Assembly: GCA_963727505.1 (NCBI GenBank)
Contig: CAVSGP010000004.1
Span: 320,001-384,000 of the forward strand
From: an uncultured Trueperaceae bacterium
Lineage (GTDB): Bacteria; Deinococcota; Deinococci; Deinococcales; Trueperaceae
Direction: 5' to 3'
DNA: 64,000 nucleotides
Positions within the stretch are counted from its first letter, which is position 1. The number at the start of each line of letters is the position of its first letter. The notes under the pieces are model-generated. The model was not told the origin of the DNA, made no database searches, and saw only the letters and a list, made by a program, of their open reading frames with translations. The position numbers and the translations under genes are program-made. Below, one piece after another: positions 9,811 to 19,542 of the stretch.

Positions 9811-11144
9811 GGTGACATCCTTCGAGCCACGAAGTTGGTGTAGATCGCGCCACGCCGGAAGAAAGCGTTGTCCAGGACCTTCAGGTGGAACGGCACGGTG
9901 GTCTTCACCCCTTCGATGACGGTCTCGCGCAGGGCGCGCTCCATGCGGGCGATCGCCTCTTGCCGGGTAGGCGCCCAGGCGATGATCTTGGCGATGAGGC
10001 TGTCGTAGTTGGGCGGGATGCGATAGCCGGCGTAGACGTGCGAGTCCACACGGATGCCCGGCCCGCCGGGCCAGTGGACGTCGCTGATGGTTCCCGCCGA
10101 GGGGCGGAAGTCGTGGTCGGGGTCCTCCGCGGTGACCCGCACCTCGATGGCGTGCCCCTCCAGGCGCACGTCCTCCTGGGCCAGCGAGAGGCCCATGCCG
10201 GCCGCGACCCGGAACTGCTCCTGCACCAGATCGAAGCGGGTGACCATCTCGGTGGTCGGGTGTTCGACCTGGATGCGCGTGTTCATCTCGCTGAAGTAGA
10301 AGTTGCCGTCGCGGTCGACCAGGAACTCGCACGTGCCGGCGCCGCGATACTCGATGTGGCGCGCAAGCTTCACGGCGGCCTCGATGATGCGCTGGCGCAG
10401 GTCGTCGTCGACGATGCTGGGCGCCTCCTCCAGCATCTTCTGGTAGCGACGCTGGATCGAGCAGTCGCGCTCGAAGAAGTGGATCACGTTGCCCTCGCCG
10501 TCCCCGAACACCTGCACCTCGATGTGCTTGGGCTCCTCCAGGTACTTCTCCATGTAGAGCTCGGGATTGGCGAAGGCGGCCCGCGCTTCCTCCTGGGCGT
10601 TCACGAACTGCCGCTCGAGGTCCTGGAAGCTGTGGACGACGCGCATGCCGCGCCCCCCACCCCCTGCCGAAGCCTTGAGGATGAGCGGGAAGCCGATGCG
10701 CTCGGCGAACGCTCGAGCAGCGTCCAGGTCCTTGAGCGGCTCCGACCCCGGCGTGATCGGGACCCCCGCCTCCTCGGCCAGCCGCCGCGCGGCCGCCTTG
10801 TCGCCGATGCGCTGGATGTTCTCGGCGCGGGGGCCGATGAAGACGAGATTGTGCTCCTCGCACTTCTCCGCGAACTCCGCATTCTCGGCCAGGAAGCCGT
10901 AGCCCGGATGGATCGCCTCGGCGCCGGTCACCAGCGCCGCGGACAGGATGTTACGGACGTTGAGGTAGCTCGCGCTCGCGGGGGCGGGGCCGATGCAGAT
11001 GGCCTCGTCGGCGAGCAGGACCGGCAGCGAGTTCTCATCGACCTGTGAGTACACCACCACCGTCTGGATGCCGAGCTCACGCGCGGCGCGCAGCACGCGC
11101 AGGGCGATCTCGCCTCGGTTCGCGATCAGGATCTTGCGGAACAC
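9807..11144 (-). CDS. accC: Acetyl-CoA carboxylase biotin carboxylase subunit
   Basis: 'KILIANRGEIA', 'HPGYGFLAEN', 'GGGGRGMR', 'ERDCSIQRR' and 'EMNTRIQVEH'. Confidence 0.97.
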   Translation of the reverse strand: MFRKILIANRGEIALRVLRAARELGIQTVVVYSQVDENSLPVLLADEAICIGPAPASASYLNVRNILSAALVTGAEAIHPGYGFLAENAEFAEKCEEHNLVFIGPRAENIQRIGDKAAARRLAEEAGVPITPGSEPLKDLDAARAFAERIGFPLILKASAGGGGRGMRVVHSFQDLERQFVNAQEEARAAFANPELYMEKYLEEPKHIEVQVFGDGEGNVIHFFERDCSIQRRYQKMLEEAPSIVDDDLRQRIIEAAVKLARHIEYRGAGTCEFLVDRDGNFYFSEMNTRIQVEHPTTEMVTRFDLVQEQFRVAAGMGLSLAQEDVRLEGHAIEVRVTAEDPDHDFRPSAGTISDVHWPGGPGIRVDSHVYAGYRIPPNYDSLIAKIIAWAPTRQEAIARMERALRETVIEGVKTTVPFHLKVLDNAFFRRGAIYTNFVARRMSP

Positions 11145-11162
11145 GATGTCGGTCCCCGAGCC

Positions 11163-11659
<497 letters not shown>

Positions 11660-11660
<1 letters not shown>

Positions 11661-12217
11661 CAGGCACGCCCCAGGTATTCGCCGCTGCGCGTGTCGACGC
11701 GGATCACCTCGCCCTGCTCGATGAACAGGGGCACGTTGACGGTCGCCCCCGACTCGAGAAGCGCAGGCTTGTTGCCGCCCGAGACGGTGTCCCCGCGTAC
11801 GCCGGGATCGGTCTGCGTGATCTCGAGCTCGACCACGTTGGGCAACGTGACCTTGAGGGGTCTGCCCTGGTAGTAGTCCACCGTCACCTCCAGGTTGGGC
11901 TTGAGGAAGCGGGCCGTTTCACCGATCTGGTCCCGGCTCAGCACGGGTTGCTCGAACGTCTCCATATCCATGAAGGTGCACAGGTCACCGTCGGCGAACA
12001 GGTACTGCATCTGACGGTAGTCGATGAAGATGTCCTGCAGCTTCTCCGTGGCGTTGAAAGTGCGCTCGACGATCGACCCGCTCTCCAGGCTGCGGAACTT
12101 GCCGACCACCTTGGCACCCCCCCGCCCGATCTTCTGGTGCTGGTAGTCCAGGCACTCCCACAGGCCGCCATCCATCTCGACCTTCGTCCCGTTGCGCAGG
12201 TCCGTCACACTGATCAT
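11660..12217 (-). CDS. efp: Elongation factor P
   Basis: 'DLRNGTK', 'HQKIGRGGA' (Arg at the loop tip), 'PGVRGDT' and 'VDTRSGEYLGRA'. Confidence 0.96.
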
Positions 12218-12361
12218 CCACTAGCCTCCGACGCATCACGGCACGTACCCGACCGCAGATGGCGGCACGCGCTCGCGGAAGTTCAAGACGCAGCACAGTG
12301 TAGCACCCGGGCACGCGTGCCCCTGGCGCGCCGTGCTGCTCGTTCAACGCTCTGGGCGCCT

Positions 12362-13264
12362 TCAGGACGTGAGCTCGAGCACCGTCGGCTCGAGCCCCGC
12401 CTCCTCGATCATGGCACGGTAGCGCTCGGCGGAGAGCTCGCCCGAGCCTCCATCGATGGCGACGAACGCGGCCTCCAACAGATTCGTACCCACGCTGCGC
12501 CCGTCGAAACGTGGGGTGGTCGTGATCAGGGTACGCACGCCGCGCGCCTTCAGGAAGGCGACATCGGACTCGGTGGTGGTGTTGGTGAGCACCGTCTTGC
12601 CACGCATATCGTCGGGGGCGTAGCGACGGATGAAGTGCCAGTCTCCCGCGATGACGTCGGCCCAGCGGTAGTAGCGCGAGAAGCGCTCGGTGGTGACCTC
12701 GGTCTCCTGGCTCGCCCCTACCGGGTAGAGCCACTTGAACGGGAGCTTCACGAACACCGGCAAGAGGACCGTGGCGAGGGCATGCAGGGTCCCCAACCGG
12801 TACAGCGGGATCGGCAGGCCCAGCGAGAAGATGAAGTCTCCGAACAGCACGTGGGCGCCGTGCGACGCCAGCTCCTCAGCCATGCCGAAGCGGTCGAGCG
12901 CGGAGACCATCAGCACCTTGCGTCCCTGCCACGGCAGCCGGTCCGAGAGTGCCCGCACCATGGCCCGCTCCAGGCTGTTCTTCAGGCCTGCGCCGCACAC
13001 CACCGGCGTGCGCTTCGCCGCCGCAGCGAGGCCGCGCGCGTCGCGAAAGTAGTAGCGCCGGCTCCCCACCGGAAGGAAGAGGTCGATGCCCCCCAGACCG
13101 ATGGCGTCGACCTCGCCGTCGAGCTCACGGATGAGGTCACGCGCGGCGTCGAAGTCGCCCTGCGTCCCCCGCCGTTCCAGGTGGACCTGCTCGCCCAGGA
13201 TGCTGACGGTCTGATCGGTATCGCGCGTGGCCGAACCGAGGGAGACGCTGACGACATGCTTCAT
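12362..13264 (-). CDS. Conserved uncharacterised protein (family often auto-annotated 'quinate 5-dehydrogenase')
   Basis: 'MKHVVSVSLGS', 'VDAIGLGGIDL', 'DRFGMAE', 'LTNTTT' and 'GRSVGTNLLEA'. A TATCCT -10 box lies 7 nt before the ATG. Confidence 0.65.
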   Translation of the reverse strand: MKHVVSVSLGSATRDTDQTVSILGEQVHLERRGTQGDFDAARDLIRELDGEVDAIGLGGIDLFLPVGSRRYYFRDARGLAAAAKRTPVVCGAGLKNSLERAMVRALSDRLPWQGRKVLMVSALDRFGMAEELASHGAHVLFGDFIFSLGLPIPLYRLGTLHALATVLLPVFVKLPFKWLYPVGASQETEVTTERFSRYYRWADVIAGDWHFIRRYAPDDMRGKTVLTNTTTESDVAFLKARGVRTLITTTPRFDGRSVGTNLLEAAFVAIDGGSGELSAERYRAMIEEAGLEPTVLELTS

Positions 13265-13353
13265 GGCGGAAAGGATACACCGTCGTCTCCCCGGGGCACA
13301 CATCCCTGCTCGCCCCGTGCGGTCGGGGTCGCGATTCTCCGTCAGGCCCAGGG

Positions 13354-13890
13354 TCAGCCGAGCTGCTTGGCGTACCAGTCGAGCACGGGCTTCGCGTCGA
13401 TCGCGAAGGCGTACCCCAGTCTCTCCCAGAAGCGGCGCGCGCGCGGATTCTGCCCGTAGATGCTGGCGAGCACCCGTCGCACGCGGCCGCGTAGACGCTC
13501 TTCGAGATCGCGCACGCATTGGCCGCCGATGCCGCGCCCCTGCAGGTCGCCTTCGACCAACAGCAAGTTGACCGTGGCATCTCCGGCGTCGGGGTAGTCG
13601 AGCTTGTAGTCGAGGTAGCCCACGACCTGACGCCCGCTCACCGGGTCCTCGAGTTCGGTATCGCGCGGAAGGCGCTCATGAGGAGGCAAGAGCACCAGCT
13701 CGATTCGCCGCCGGCTGTCGCGGACCGCGGTGTCGAGGTCCGTCTTGACTTCGGCGAGCGTCGGGATCGGGATGGAGATGACGTCGAAATAGCCGGGGGT
13801 CTTCTCGTAGAGTCGATGGACCAGGGTGGCATCTGACGCGTCGGCGGGACGCGTCAGGGCACCGGGCGACGTCAGATTCAATGCGCTCAT
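13354..13890 (-). CDS. GNAT family N-acetyltransferase
   Basis: Acetyl-CoA motif 'LQGRGIG' and 'NPRARRFWERLGY'. GGAAGG RBS precedes the ATG at 13890. Confidence 0.85.
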   Translation of the reverse strand: MSALNLTSPGALTRPADASDATLVHRLYEKTPGYFDVISIPIPTLAEVKTDLDTAVRDSRRRIELVLLPPHERLPRDTELEDPVSGRQVVGYLDYKLDYPDAGDATVNLLLVEGDLQGRGIGGQCVRDLEERLRGRVRRVLASIYGQNPRARRFWERLGYAFAIDAKPVLDWYAKQLG

Positions 13891-14122
13891 CCTTCCGGCA
13901 CTCCTCGCATGCACGGCACGTAGGTTTTGACGGCCACGGCACGAGTATATCGTGCCCGGCGGAACACTCGCGGAGGATTGGGTCACACGCCGAGGGCCCC
14001 TGGGGCCCGTTCCCGTTCGCTGGAGGACAGGGCGATAAGGAGGAAACATCGCTTGCGCCTGGGAGCACCATTGCGTAGGGTGTGACGAGCCATCGCCCCC
14101 GTGCAGGACTTCGACGGGTGCG

Positions 14123-14131
14123 TGCTATAGT
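14123..14131 (+). promoter_or_regulatory. Extended -10 promoter for the spt operon
   Basis: TGcTATAGT (TG at 14123-24, TATAGT at 14126-31), about 25-35 nt upstream of the TTG starts. Confidence 0.5.
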
Positions 14132-14154
14132 GCCCTAATTGGCTTGCAGCCGCG

Positions 14155-15423
14155 TTGGAGGAAGTCTTGTCAGAGGTCGTTGACGCCCGCCAGAATCCGG
14201 TGACTCAGGAAGGCTCCGAGCAGCGCTCGGGGCGAGCCCGGGACGCCTTCGCGAAGGCCTTCGCGTTCAGTCGCGCCGAACAGGCCGAGTCGGCGGGCCT
14301 GCACCCCTACTTCAAACCCATCGCCGCCCAGCACGGCGGAACCGTCCGCGCGAACGGACGGGAGATGGTCATCACCGGTTCGAACGACTACCTGGGCCTG
14401 ACCCAGGACGAGCGCCTCAAGAACGCGGCCCGCGACGCGCTGGACGACTTCGGCACGAGCTGCACCGGCTCGCGCTTCCTGACCGGCACGCTGACGCTCC
14501 ACGAGACGCTCGAGCAGCGTCTCGCGAGCTTCCTCAACAAGGAGGCGGCTCTCACGTTCAGCGCCGGTTATCTCGGTTGCCTCTCGGTTGTGAGCGCCCT
14601 CGCCGGTCGGCACGACATCCTGTACTACGACCGCGAGAACCACGCCTCGCTCTACGACGCTGCTCGTCTGTCGTTCGCGACCTTGCGCAAGTACGATCAC
14701 AATGACCTCGATCACCTCGAGCGCCTTCTGGCTGCGGACGCCGACAAGCCGGGTGGGCGCATCATCGTGTCCGACGGCGTCTTCTCCATGAGCGGCCACA
14801 TCGTGGACCTGCCGGGCCTGGTCGAGGTCAAGCGCCGCTACGGCGCGCGCCTGATGATCGACGACGCCCACGCCAGCGGCGTTCTGGGCGACGGCGGCCG
14901 TGGCACCGGCGAGCACTTCGGCCTCGAGGACGAGGTCGACGTCATCATCGGCACCTTCTCGAAGTCGTTCGCGAGCGTCGGCGGGTTCATGGCCGGTGAT
15001 CACAAGGTGGTGCAGTTCGTCAAGCATCACGCGCGCCCCTTCATCTTCACCGCCGCCCTGCCCGCCATGCAGATGGCGGCCGCGCTTGCCGCGCTCGACA
15101 TCATGGAGACCGAACCCGAGCATCGCCGGCGCCTGTGGAGCAACGTCCAGCGCTTCCGCACCGGGATGCAAGAGCTCGGCTTCGATACGCTCGGCTCCGA
15201 GACCCCGATCGTGCCTGTGCTGGTAGGCGAGGATGACCGAGCGCTGGCCTTCTGGAAGGGCCTGTGGGACGCGGGTGTGTTCACGACCCCGGCGCTGCCG
15301 CCCGGTGTTCCCCCCGGGCACTCGATCATCCGGACCAGCGTCAACGCGAACCACACGGACGACGAGCTCGACCGCCTTCTCACCGCGTTCGAAACGGTGG
15401 GCAAGGGGCTTGGTGTAATCTGA
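14155..15423 (+). CDS. spt: Alpha-oxoamine synthase, serine palmitoyltransferase-like clade
   Basis: N-terminal 'GLHPYFKPI', 'GSNDYLGL', 'GTSCTGSRFLTGTL', 'DRENHAS', 'DDAHASG' and PLP-Lys motif 'GTFSKS'. These resemble Bacteroidota/Sphingomonas SPT more than BioF/Kbl. The start may be TTG 14167 (GGAGG upstream). Confidence 0.72.
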   Translation: MEEVLSEVVDARQNPVTQEGSEQRSGRARDAFAKAFAFSRAEQAESAGLHPYFKPIAAQHGGTVRANGREMVITGSNDYLGLTQDERLKNAARDALDDFGTSCTGSRFLTGTLTLHETLEQRLASFLNKEAALTFSAGYLGCLSVVSALAGRHDILYYDRENHASLYDAARLSFATLRKYDHNDLDHLERLLAADADKPGGRIIVSDGVFSMSGHIVDLPGLVEVKRRYGARLMIDDAHASGVLGDGGRGTGEHFGLEDEVDVIIGTFSKSFASVGGFMAGDHKVVQFVKHHARPFIFTAALPAMQMAAALAALDIMETEPEHRRRLWSNVQRFRTGMQELGFDTLGSETPIVPVLVGEDDRALAFWKGLWDAGVFTTPALPPGVPPGHSIIRTSVNANHTDDELDRLLTAFETVGKGLGVI

Positions 15424-15447
15424 CAACCGAATAAGGGGTGATCAGCC

Positions 15448-16557
15448 ATGGTCGAGATCAAGAAGGTCGCGACGAAGCGCGACCTCGGTCGTTTCATTGA
15501 TTACGTCTACGACAAATACCGGGGTGATCCGACCTTCGTGCCCCCGCTGCGCATGGGGGAGTTCGACAAGCTGAACCCGAAGAAGAACCCCTTCTTCGAG
15601 CACGGCCGGATCACCCCCTACCTCGCCGAACGCGACGGACGCATCGTCGGCCGCATCGCCTGCATCGACAACGACGCCCACAACGAGCAGTTCGGAGACA
15701 ACCTGGTGTTCTTCGGGTTTTTCGAGGCCGAGGACGCCGAGATCGCCGCGGCGCTGTACGAAGCCGTCGAGAAGGAGGCGCGGGCGCTGGGCAGGGACAC
15801 CGTTCGCGGTCCCGCCAACCCCACCATGGACGACGGCGCCGGCTTCCAGATCGATGCCTTCGAGACCAGGCCGTTCATCATGATGCCGCAGAATCCGCCG
15901 GACTATCTGGGCTTCGCCGAGGCTTCCGGTTACAGCAAGATCAAGGACCTCTACGCTTGGAAGATCGACATCCGCCACGGCGCCACCGAACGCCTGGAGC
16001 GCATGGCCGATCGCGTACGCAAGCGCTACGACGTCACGGTGCGACCCGCCGACATGAAGCAGTTCAAGCGCGAGGTCGGCCTGCTCAAGCACCTCTACAC
16101 CGTCGCCTGGGAGGAGAACTGGGGGCAGGTGCGCGGCACCGACGCGGAGTTCGACTATCTTGCCAACGACCTCAAGATGATCATGGAGCCGGAGCTGGCG
16201 CTCTTCCTCGAGTACAAGGGGGAGACGGTGGGGCTCTCGATCACCATCCCGGACCTCAACCAGGTGCTGGCGAAGTTCAACGGCCGGCTCTTCCCCTTCG
16301 GGATCTTCCACCTGCTCAACCGCAAGAAGATCATCGACCAGGGACGGCTCGCCATCCTCGGGGTGTTGCCGGAGTATCGCCGGAAGGGTTTCGAGCTGCT
16401 CATGATCGCCGAGACCGCGCGGCGCGGTCGCGCCATCGGCTACACCGGCGGCGAGTGCAGCTGGGTGCTCGAGGACAATGACGCCATGAACCGTGGGATC
16501 GAGGCGGCGGGCAGCGAGCTCTACAAGACCTACCGTATGTACCAGAAGGCGCTGTGA
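15448..16557 (+). CDS. Tandem-GNAT N-acyltransferase, YghO / bacterial ceramide synthase (bCerS)-like
   Basis: 'DLGRFI..Y..DP.FVPPL...NPKKNPFFEH', 'VGRIA', 'FFGFFE', 'FIMMPQNPPDY', 'AWEENWG', 'IPDLNQ', 'LGVLPEYRRKG' and 'ECSWVLEDN..MNR'. Confidence 0.75.
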   Translation: MVEIKKVATKRDLGRFIDYVYDKYRGDPTFVPPLRMGEFDKLNPKKNPFFEHGRITPYLAERDGRIVGRIACIDNDAHNEQFGDNLVFFGFFEAEDAEIAAALYEAVEKEARALGRDTVRGPANPTMDDGAGFQIDAFETRPFIMMPQNPPDYLGFAEASGYSKIKDLYAWKIDIRHGATERLERMADRVRKRYDVTVRPADMKQFKREVGLLKHLYTVAWEENWGQVRGTDAEFDYLANDLKMIMEPELALFLEYKGETVGLSITIPDLNQVLAKFNGRLFPFGIFHLLNRKKIIDQGRLAILGVLPEYRRKGFELLMIAETARRGRAIGYTGGECSWVLEDNDAMNRGIEAAGSELYKTYRMYQKAL

Positions 16558-17288
16558 GCCCGCTGCGTTCGGTCGGCGTGGTGTTCGCCGACCTGGCGCA
16601 GCTGTTCGACCGGAAGCACGCCCGGCTGTGGTTCCTGCTCACTGCGGCGGTGCTTCTGCAGGTGGGATTCTGGTACATCGCCAGCCCCGGCCCCGCGCTC
16701 ATGCAGTTCCAGCCGCGCACGCTGACGACAGGCATCACCACGGTGGCGTGGTCCCTGGTGTTCCTGCTGGCCCTGCCCGCACTGTTGCTGGCGGTCGTGG
16801 GCGTCGATCTCAGGCACGTCGGGCTTCGCCTCGGCGACGCCCGGTTCGGCCTCTCCGTGGCGCTGGGCGGCGCCGTGATCGTCGTGCCGCTGATGTACCT
16901 GGCCAGTTTCGACAAGGGGCTCCAGGCGACCTACCCCTGGGCGGGCGCCTGGGTCGGGCGCAGCCTCGGCACCATCTTGCTTTGGGCCCTCATCTACGGC
17001 CTGTACTACGTCGCGTTCGAGTTCTTCTACCGAGGCTTCCTGCAGCGCATCGTCGCCGACGCCTGGGGCGCCCCGCAGGGCATCTGGGTGCAGACGTTGG
17101 CGGCCACCCTCATCCACCTAGGGAAGCCCATGACCGAGCTGCTGGCCGCGCTGCCCGCCAGCCTGCTCTTCGGAGCGCTGGCGCTGCGCAGCCGGTCGGT
17201 GCTCTACTCCACCATCATCCATCTGGTCATCGGCCTGTCCACCGATCTGTTCGTGCTCTACCACCAGGGCCTGCTGTTCCACCGCTGA
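16554..17288 (+). CDS. CPBP (Abi/CAAX) family intramembrane metalloprotease-like protein
   Basis: Multiple TM helices with 'FEFFYRGFL', 'LIHLGKP' and 'STIIH'. Shares a GTGA overlap with the previous gene. Confidence 0.8.
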   Translation: MSPLRSVGVVFADLAQLFDRKHARLWFLLTAAVLLQVGFWYIASPGPALMQFQPRTLTTGITTVAWSLVFLLALPALLLAVVGVDLRHVGLRLGDARFGLSVALGGAVIVVPLMYLASFDKGLQATYPWAGAWVGRSLGTILLWALIYGLYYVAFEFFYRGFLQRIVADAWGAPQGIWVQTLAATLIHLGKPMTELLAALPASLLFGALALRSRSVLYSTIIHLVIGLSTDLFVLYHQGLLFHR

Positions 17289-17348
17289 CGCCATGGCCCG
17301 CCGCGACGCCCGAAATGACCGAGCGAGACCCCTTCCTGGTAGGCTTGG

Positions 17349-18350
17349 ATGGCGACGGCTGTCATGAAAGTCCTGGTTACCGGTGCCCATGGCTTCCTCG
17401 GGAGCCACATCAGCGAACACCTGCTGGCCGCAGGCCACCAGGTGCGGGCCCTCGTCTCCCCCTGGGGGACCATCGGGAACCTGTCCGCGGTGCTCGATCG
17501 GCAGAGCTTGGAGATCCGGCGCGCCGACCTCAGCCGCGAGGGCGCCCTGGGCGGCGCCTGCGACGGCGTCGATGCCGTGGTGCACGCCGCCGCCCGCGTC
17601 GCCGACTGGGGACCTTGGGACGCCTTCTACCGCACCAACGTGATGGGCACGCAACAGCTCCTGCAGGAGGCCACCCGTGCGGGCGCAGCTCGTTTCGTGC
17701 TCATCTCCAGCGTCGCCGTCCACCGCTACAGCGGCTTCCGCAACGCCGACCCGCGTGAGGTCCCCCGCGACAACCTGCGCGAGGCCTACGCGCACTCCAA
17801 GATCATGGCCGAGGACCTGGTCCGGCAGGCCGAGGGGATCGAGGGCGTGATCGTGCGCCCCGGGCTGTGGCCCTTCGGCCCGCGGGATCCCAACTTCCGC
17901 CGCGTGGCACGCGCGCTCGAGCAGGGCGTTCTCCCCATGGTGGGGAGCGGCGACAGCGTCATCAACACGGCCTACGCCGAGAACCTCGCCCTCGGGATAC
18001 GCCTGGCGTTGGAGCGCGCGGAGGCGGCCCACCGCTCGTACGTGATCGCCGACGACGGCATGCCGAGCTGGCGGGAGCTGCTCGCCGAGCTGGCGCGCCT
18101 CCTGGGCGAGCGTCCGCCCCGGTTGCGCCTGCCCGGGACCCCCACCAAGGCGCTCGCCCGCGGCGTGGAAGCGACCTGGGGAGCCCTCTTCCCGCGCAAC
18201 GAGCCCCCCATGACACGCTACCGTGCTGGATTGATGACCCGCGACGTGCACTTCAGCATCCGGCACGCCGTGGAGGAGCTGGGCTACCACCCGGTGGTGT
18301 CCTGGCGCGAGGGGCTGCGCCGCTCGGTAGGTGCCCTCGCCCCCGTCTAG
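17349..18350 (+). CDS. Extended SDR NAD-dependent epimerase/dehydratase (3-beta-HSD-like); candidate 3-keto-sphingoid/ceramide reductase
   Basis: 'VLVTGAHGFLG', 'VVHAAA', 'TNVMGT', 'ISSVAV' and catalytic 'YAHSK'. An alternative start is ATG 17364. Confidence 0.82.
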   Translation: MATAVMKVLVTGAHGFLGSHISEHLLAAGHQVRALVSPWGTIGNLSAVLDRQSLEIRRADLSREGALGGACDGVDAVVHAAARVADWGPWDAFYRTNVMGTQQLLQEATRAGAARFVLISSVAVHRYSGFRNADPREVPRDNLREAYAHSKIMAEDLVRQAEGIEGVIVRPGLWPFGPRDPNFRRVARALEQGVLPMVGSGDSVINTAYAENLALGIRLALERAEAAHRSYVIADDGMPSWRELLAELARLLGERPPRLRLPGTPTKALARGVEATWGALFPRNEPPMTRYRAGLMTRDVHFSIRHAVEELGYHPVVSWREGLRRSVGALAPV

Positions 18351-18416
18351 GGCCGGTTCGACGTGCCGCCGCCCCTCCAACCGGGAGCTCTGGCGGCGGT
18401 GGTATGGTGGCGCGAC

Positions 18417-19517
18417 ATGAGCGAGGGATTCGACTTCCTCATCGTGGGCGCAGGCTTCTCGGGAGCTGTCCTCGCCGAACGGATCGCCAGCCAGCGCGGC
18501 GGTAGCGTGCTGGTCGTGGACCGCCGCGATCACATCGGGGGCAACGCCTACGACGAGTACGACGACAACGGCGTGCTGGTCCACCGCTACGGGCCGCACA
18601 TCTTCCACACCAACGCCAAGAGCGTGTTCGATTACCTGTCACAGTTCACGGGCTGGCGTCCCTACCAGCACCGCGTGAGGGCCCTGGTCGATGGCCGCCT
18701 GGTGCCGATCCCGATCAATCTCGATACCATCAACACCCTGTACAACCTCGACCTGTCGAGTTCCGAGCTGGAGGCGTTCTTCTCGGCGCGCGCCGAGAAG
18801 CGCGAGCGCATCGAGACGTCCGAAGACGTGGTGGTGGCGCGCGTCGGGCGGGAGCTGTTCGAGAAGTTCTTCCGCGGCTACACCAAGAAGCAGTGGGGGC
18901 TCGAGCCCAAGGAGCTCGACGCCACCGTGACCGCGCGCGTGCCGGTGCGCACCAACCGCGACGACCGCTACTTCACCGACGTCTACCAGGCGATGCCCCT
19001 CCACGGCTACACGGCGATGTTCCGCCGCATGCTGCGCCATCCCAACATCAAGGTGATGCTCAACACCGACTACCGCGAGGTGGCCGATCTGGTACCCCAC
19101 AAGCACCTGATCTACACCGGTCCCATCGACGGCTACTTCGAGCACAGCCTGGGCCCGCTACCCTACCGTTCGCTGGAGTTCGAGTTCGTCACCCACGACG
19201 AGGAGCAGGTGCAGGAGACCGGCACCACCAACTACCCGAACGACTACGCCTACACCCGGCGCACCGAGATGAAGCACCTGACCGGCCAGCGGCACGCCAA
19301 GTCGGTGCTCGTGTACGAGCACCCACGCGCCGAGGGCGATCCCTACTACCCGGTGCCCAGGCCCGAGAACCGGGCGCTCTACGAGGAGTACAGCACCATG
19401 GCCGCCGAGCTCGCGCACGTCACGTTCGCCGGCCGTCTCGGTACCTACCGGTACTACAACATGGATCAGGTCGTGGCACAGGCGCTCAAGACCTTCGAGA
19501 CGCTGCCGGACGTGTGA
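18417..19517 (+). CDS. glf: UDP-galactopyranose mutase
   Basis: 'IVGAGFSG', 'HIGGNAYD', 'HRYGPHIFHT', 'YTKKQWG', 'DPYYPVP' and 'GRLGTYRYYNMDQVV'. Confidence 0.96.
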   Translation: MSEGFDFLIVGAGFSGAVLAERIASQRGGSVLVVDRRDHIGGNAYDEYDDNGVLVHRYGPHIFHTNAKSVFDYLSQFTGWRPYQHRVRALVDGRLVPIPINLDTINTLYNLDLSSSELEAFFSARAEKRERIETSEDVVVARVGRELFEKFFRGYTKKQWGLEPKELDATVTARVPVRTNRDDRYFTDVYQAMPLHGYTAMFRRMLRHPNIKVMLNTDYREVADLVPHKHLIYTGPIDGYFEHSLGPLPYRSLEFEFVTHDEEQVQETGTTNYPNDYAYTRRTEMKHLTGQRHAKSVLVYEHPRAEGDPYYPVPRPENRALYEEYSTMAAELAHVTFAGRLGTYRYYNMDQVVAQALKTFETLPDV

Positions 19518-19542
19518 CGTCCGGGACACCGGGGTCAAGCTC

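Noticed and set aside
14155..15423. BioF (8-amino-7-oxononanoate synthase) or Kbl annotation
   Set aside because: No bio or tdh genes are nearby, and the motifs plus the bCerS-like neighbour favour the SPT clade. This is not fully excluded without a phylogeny.
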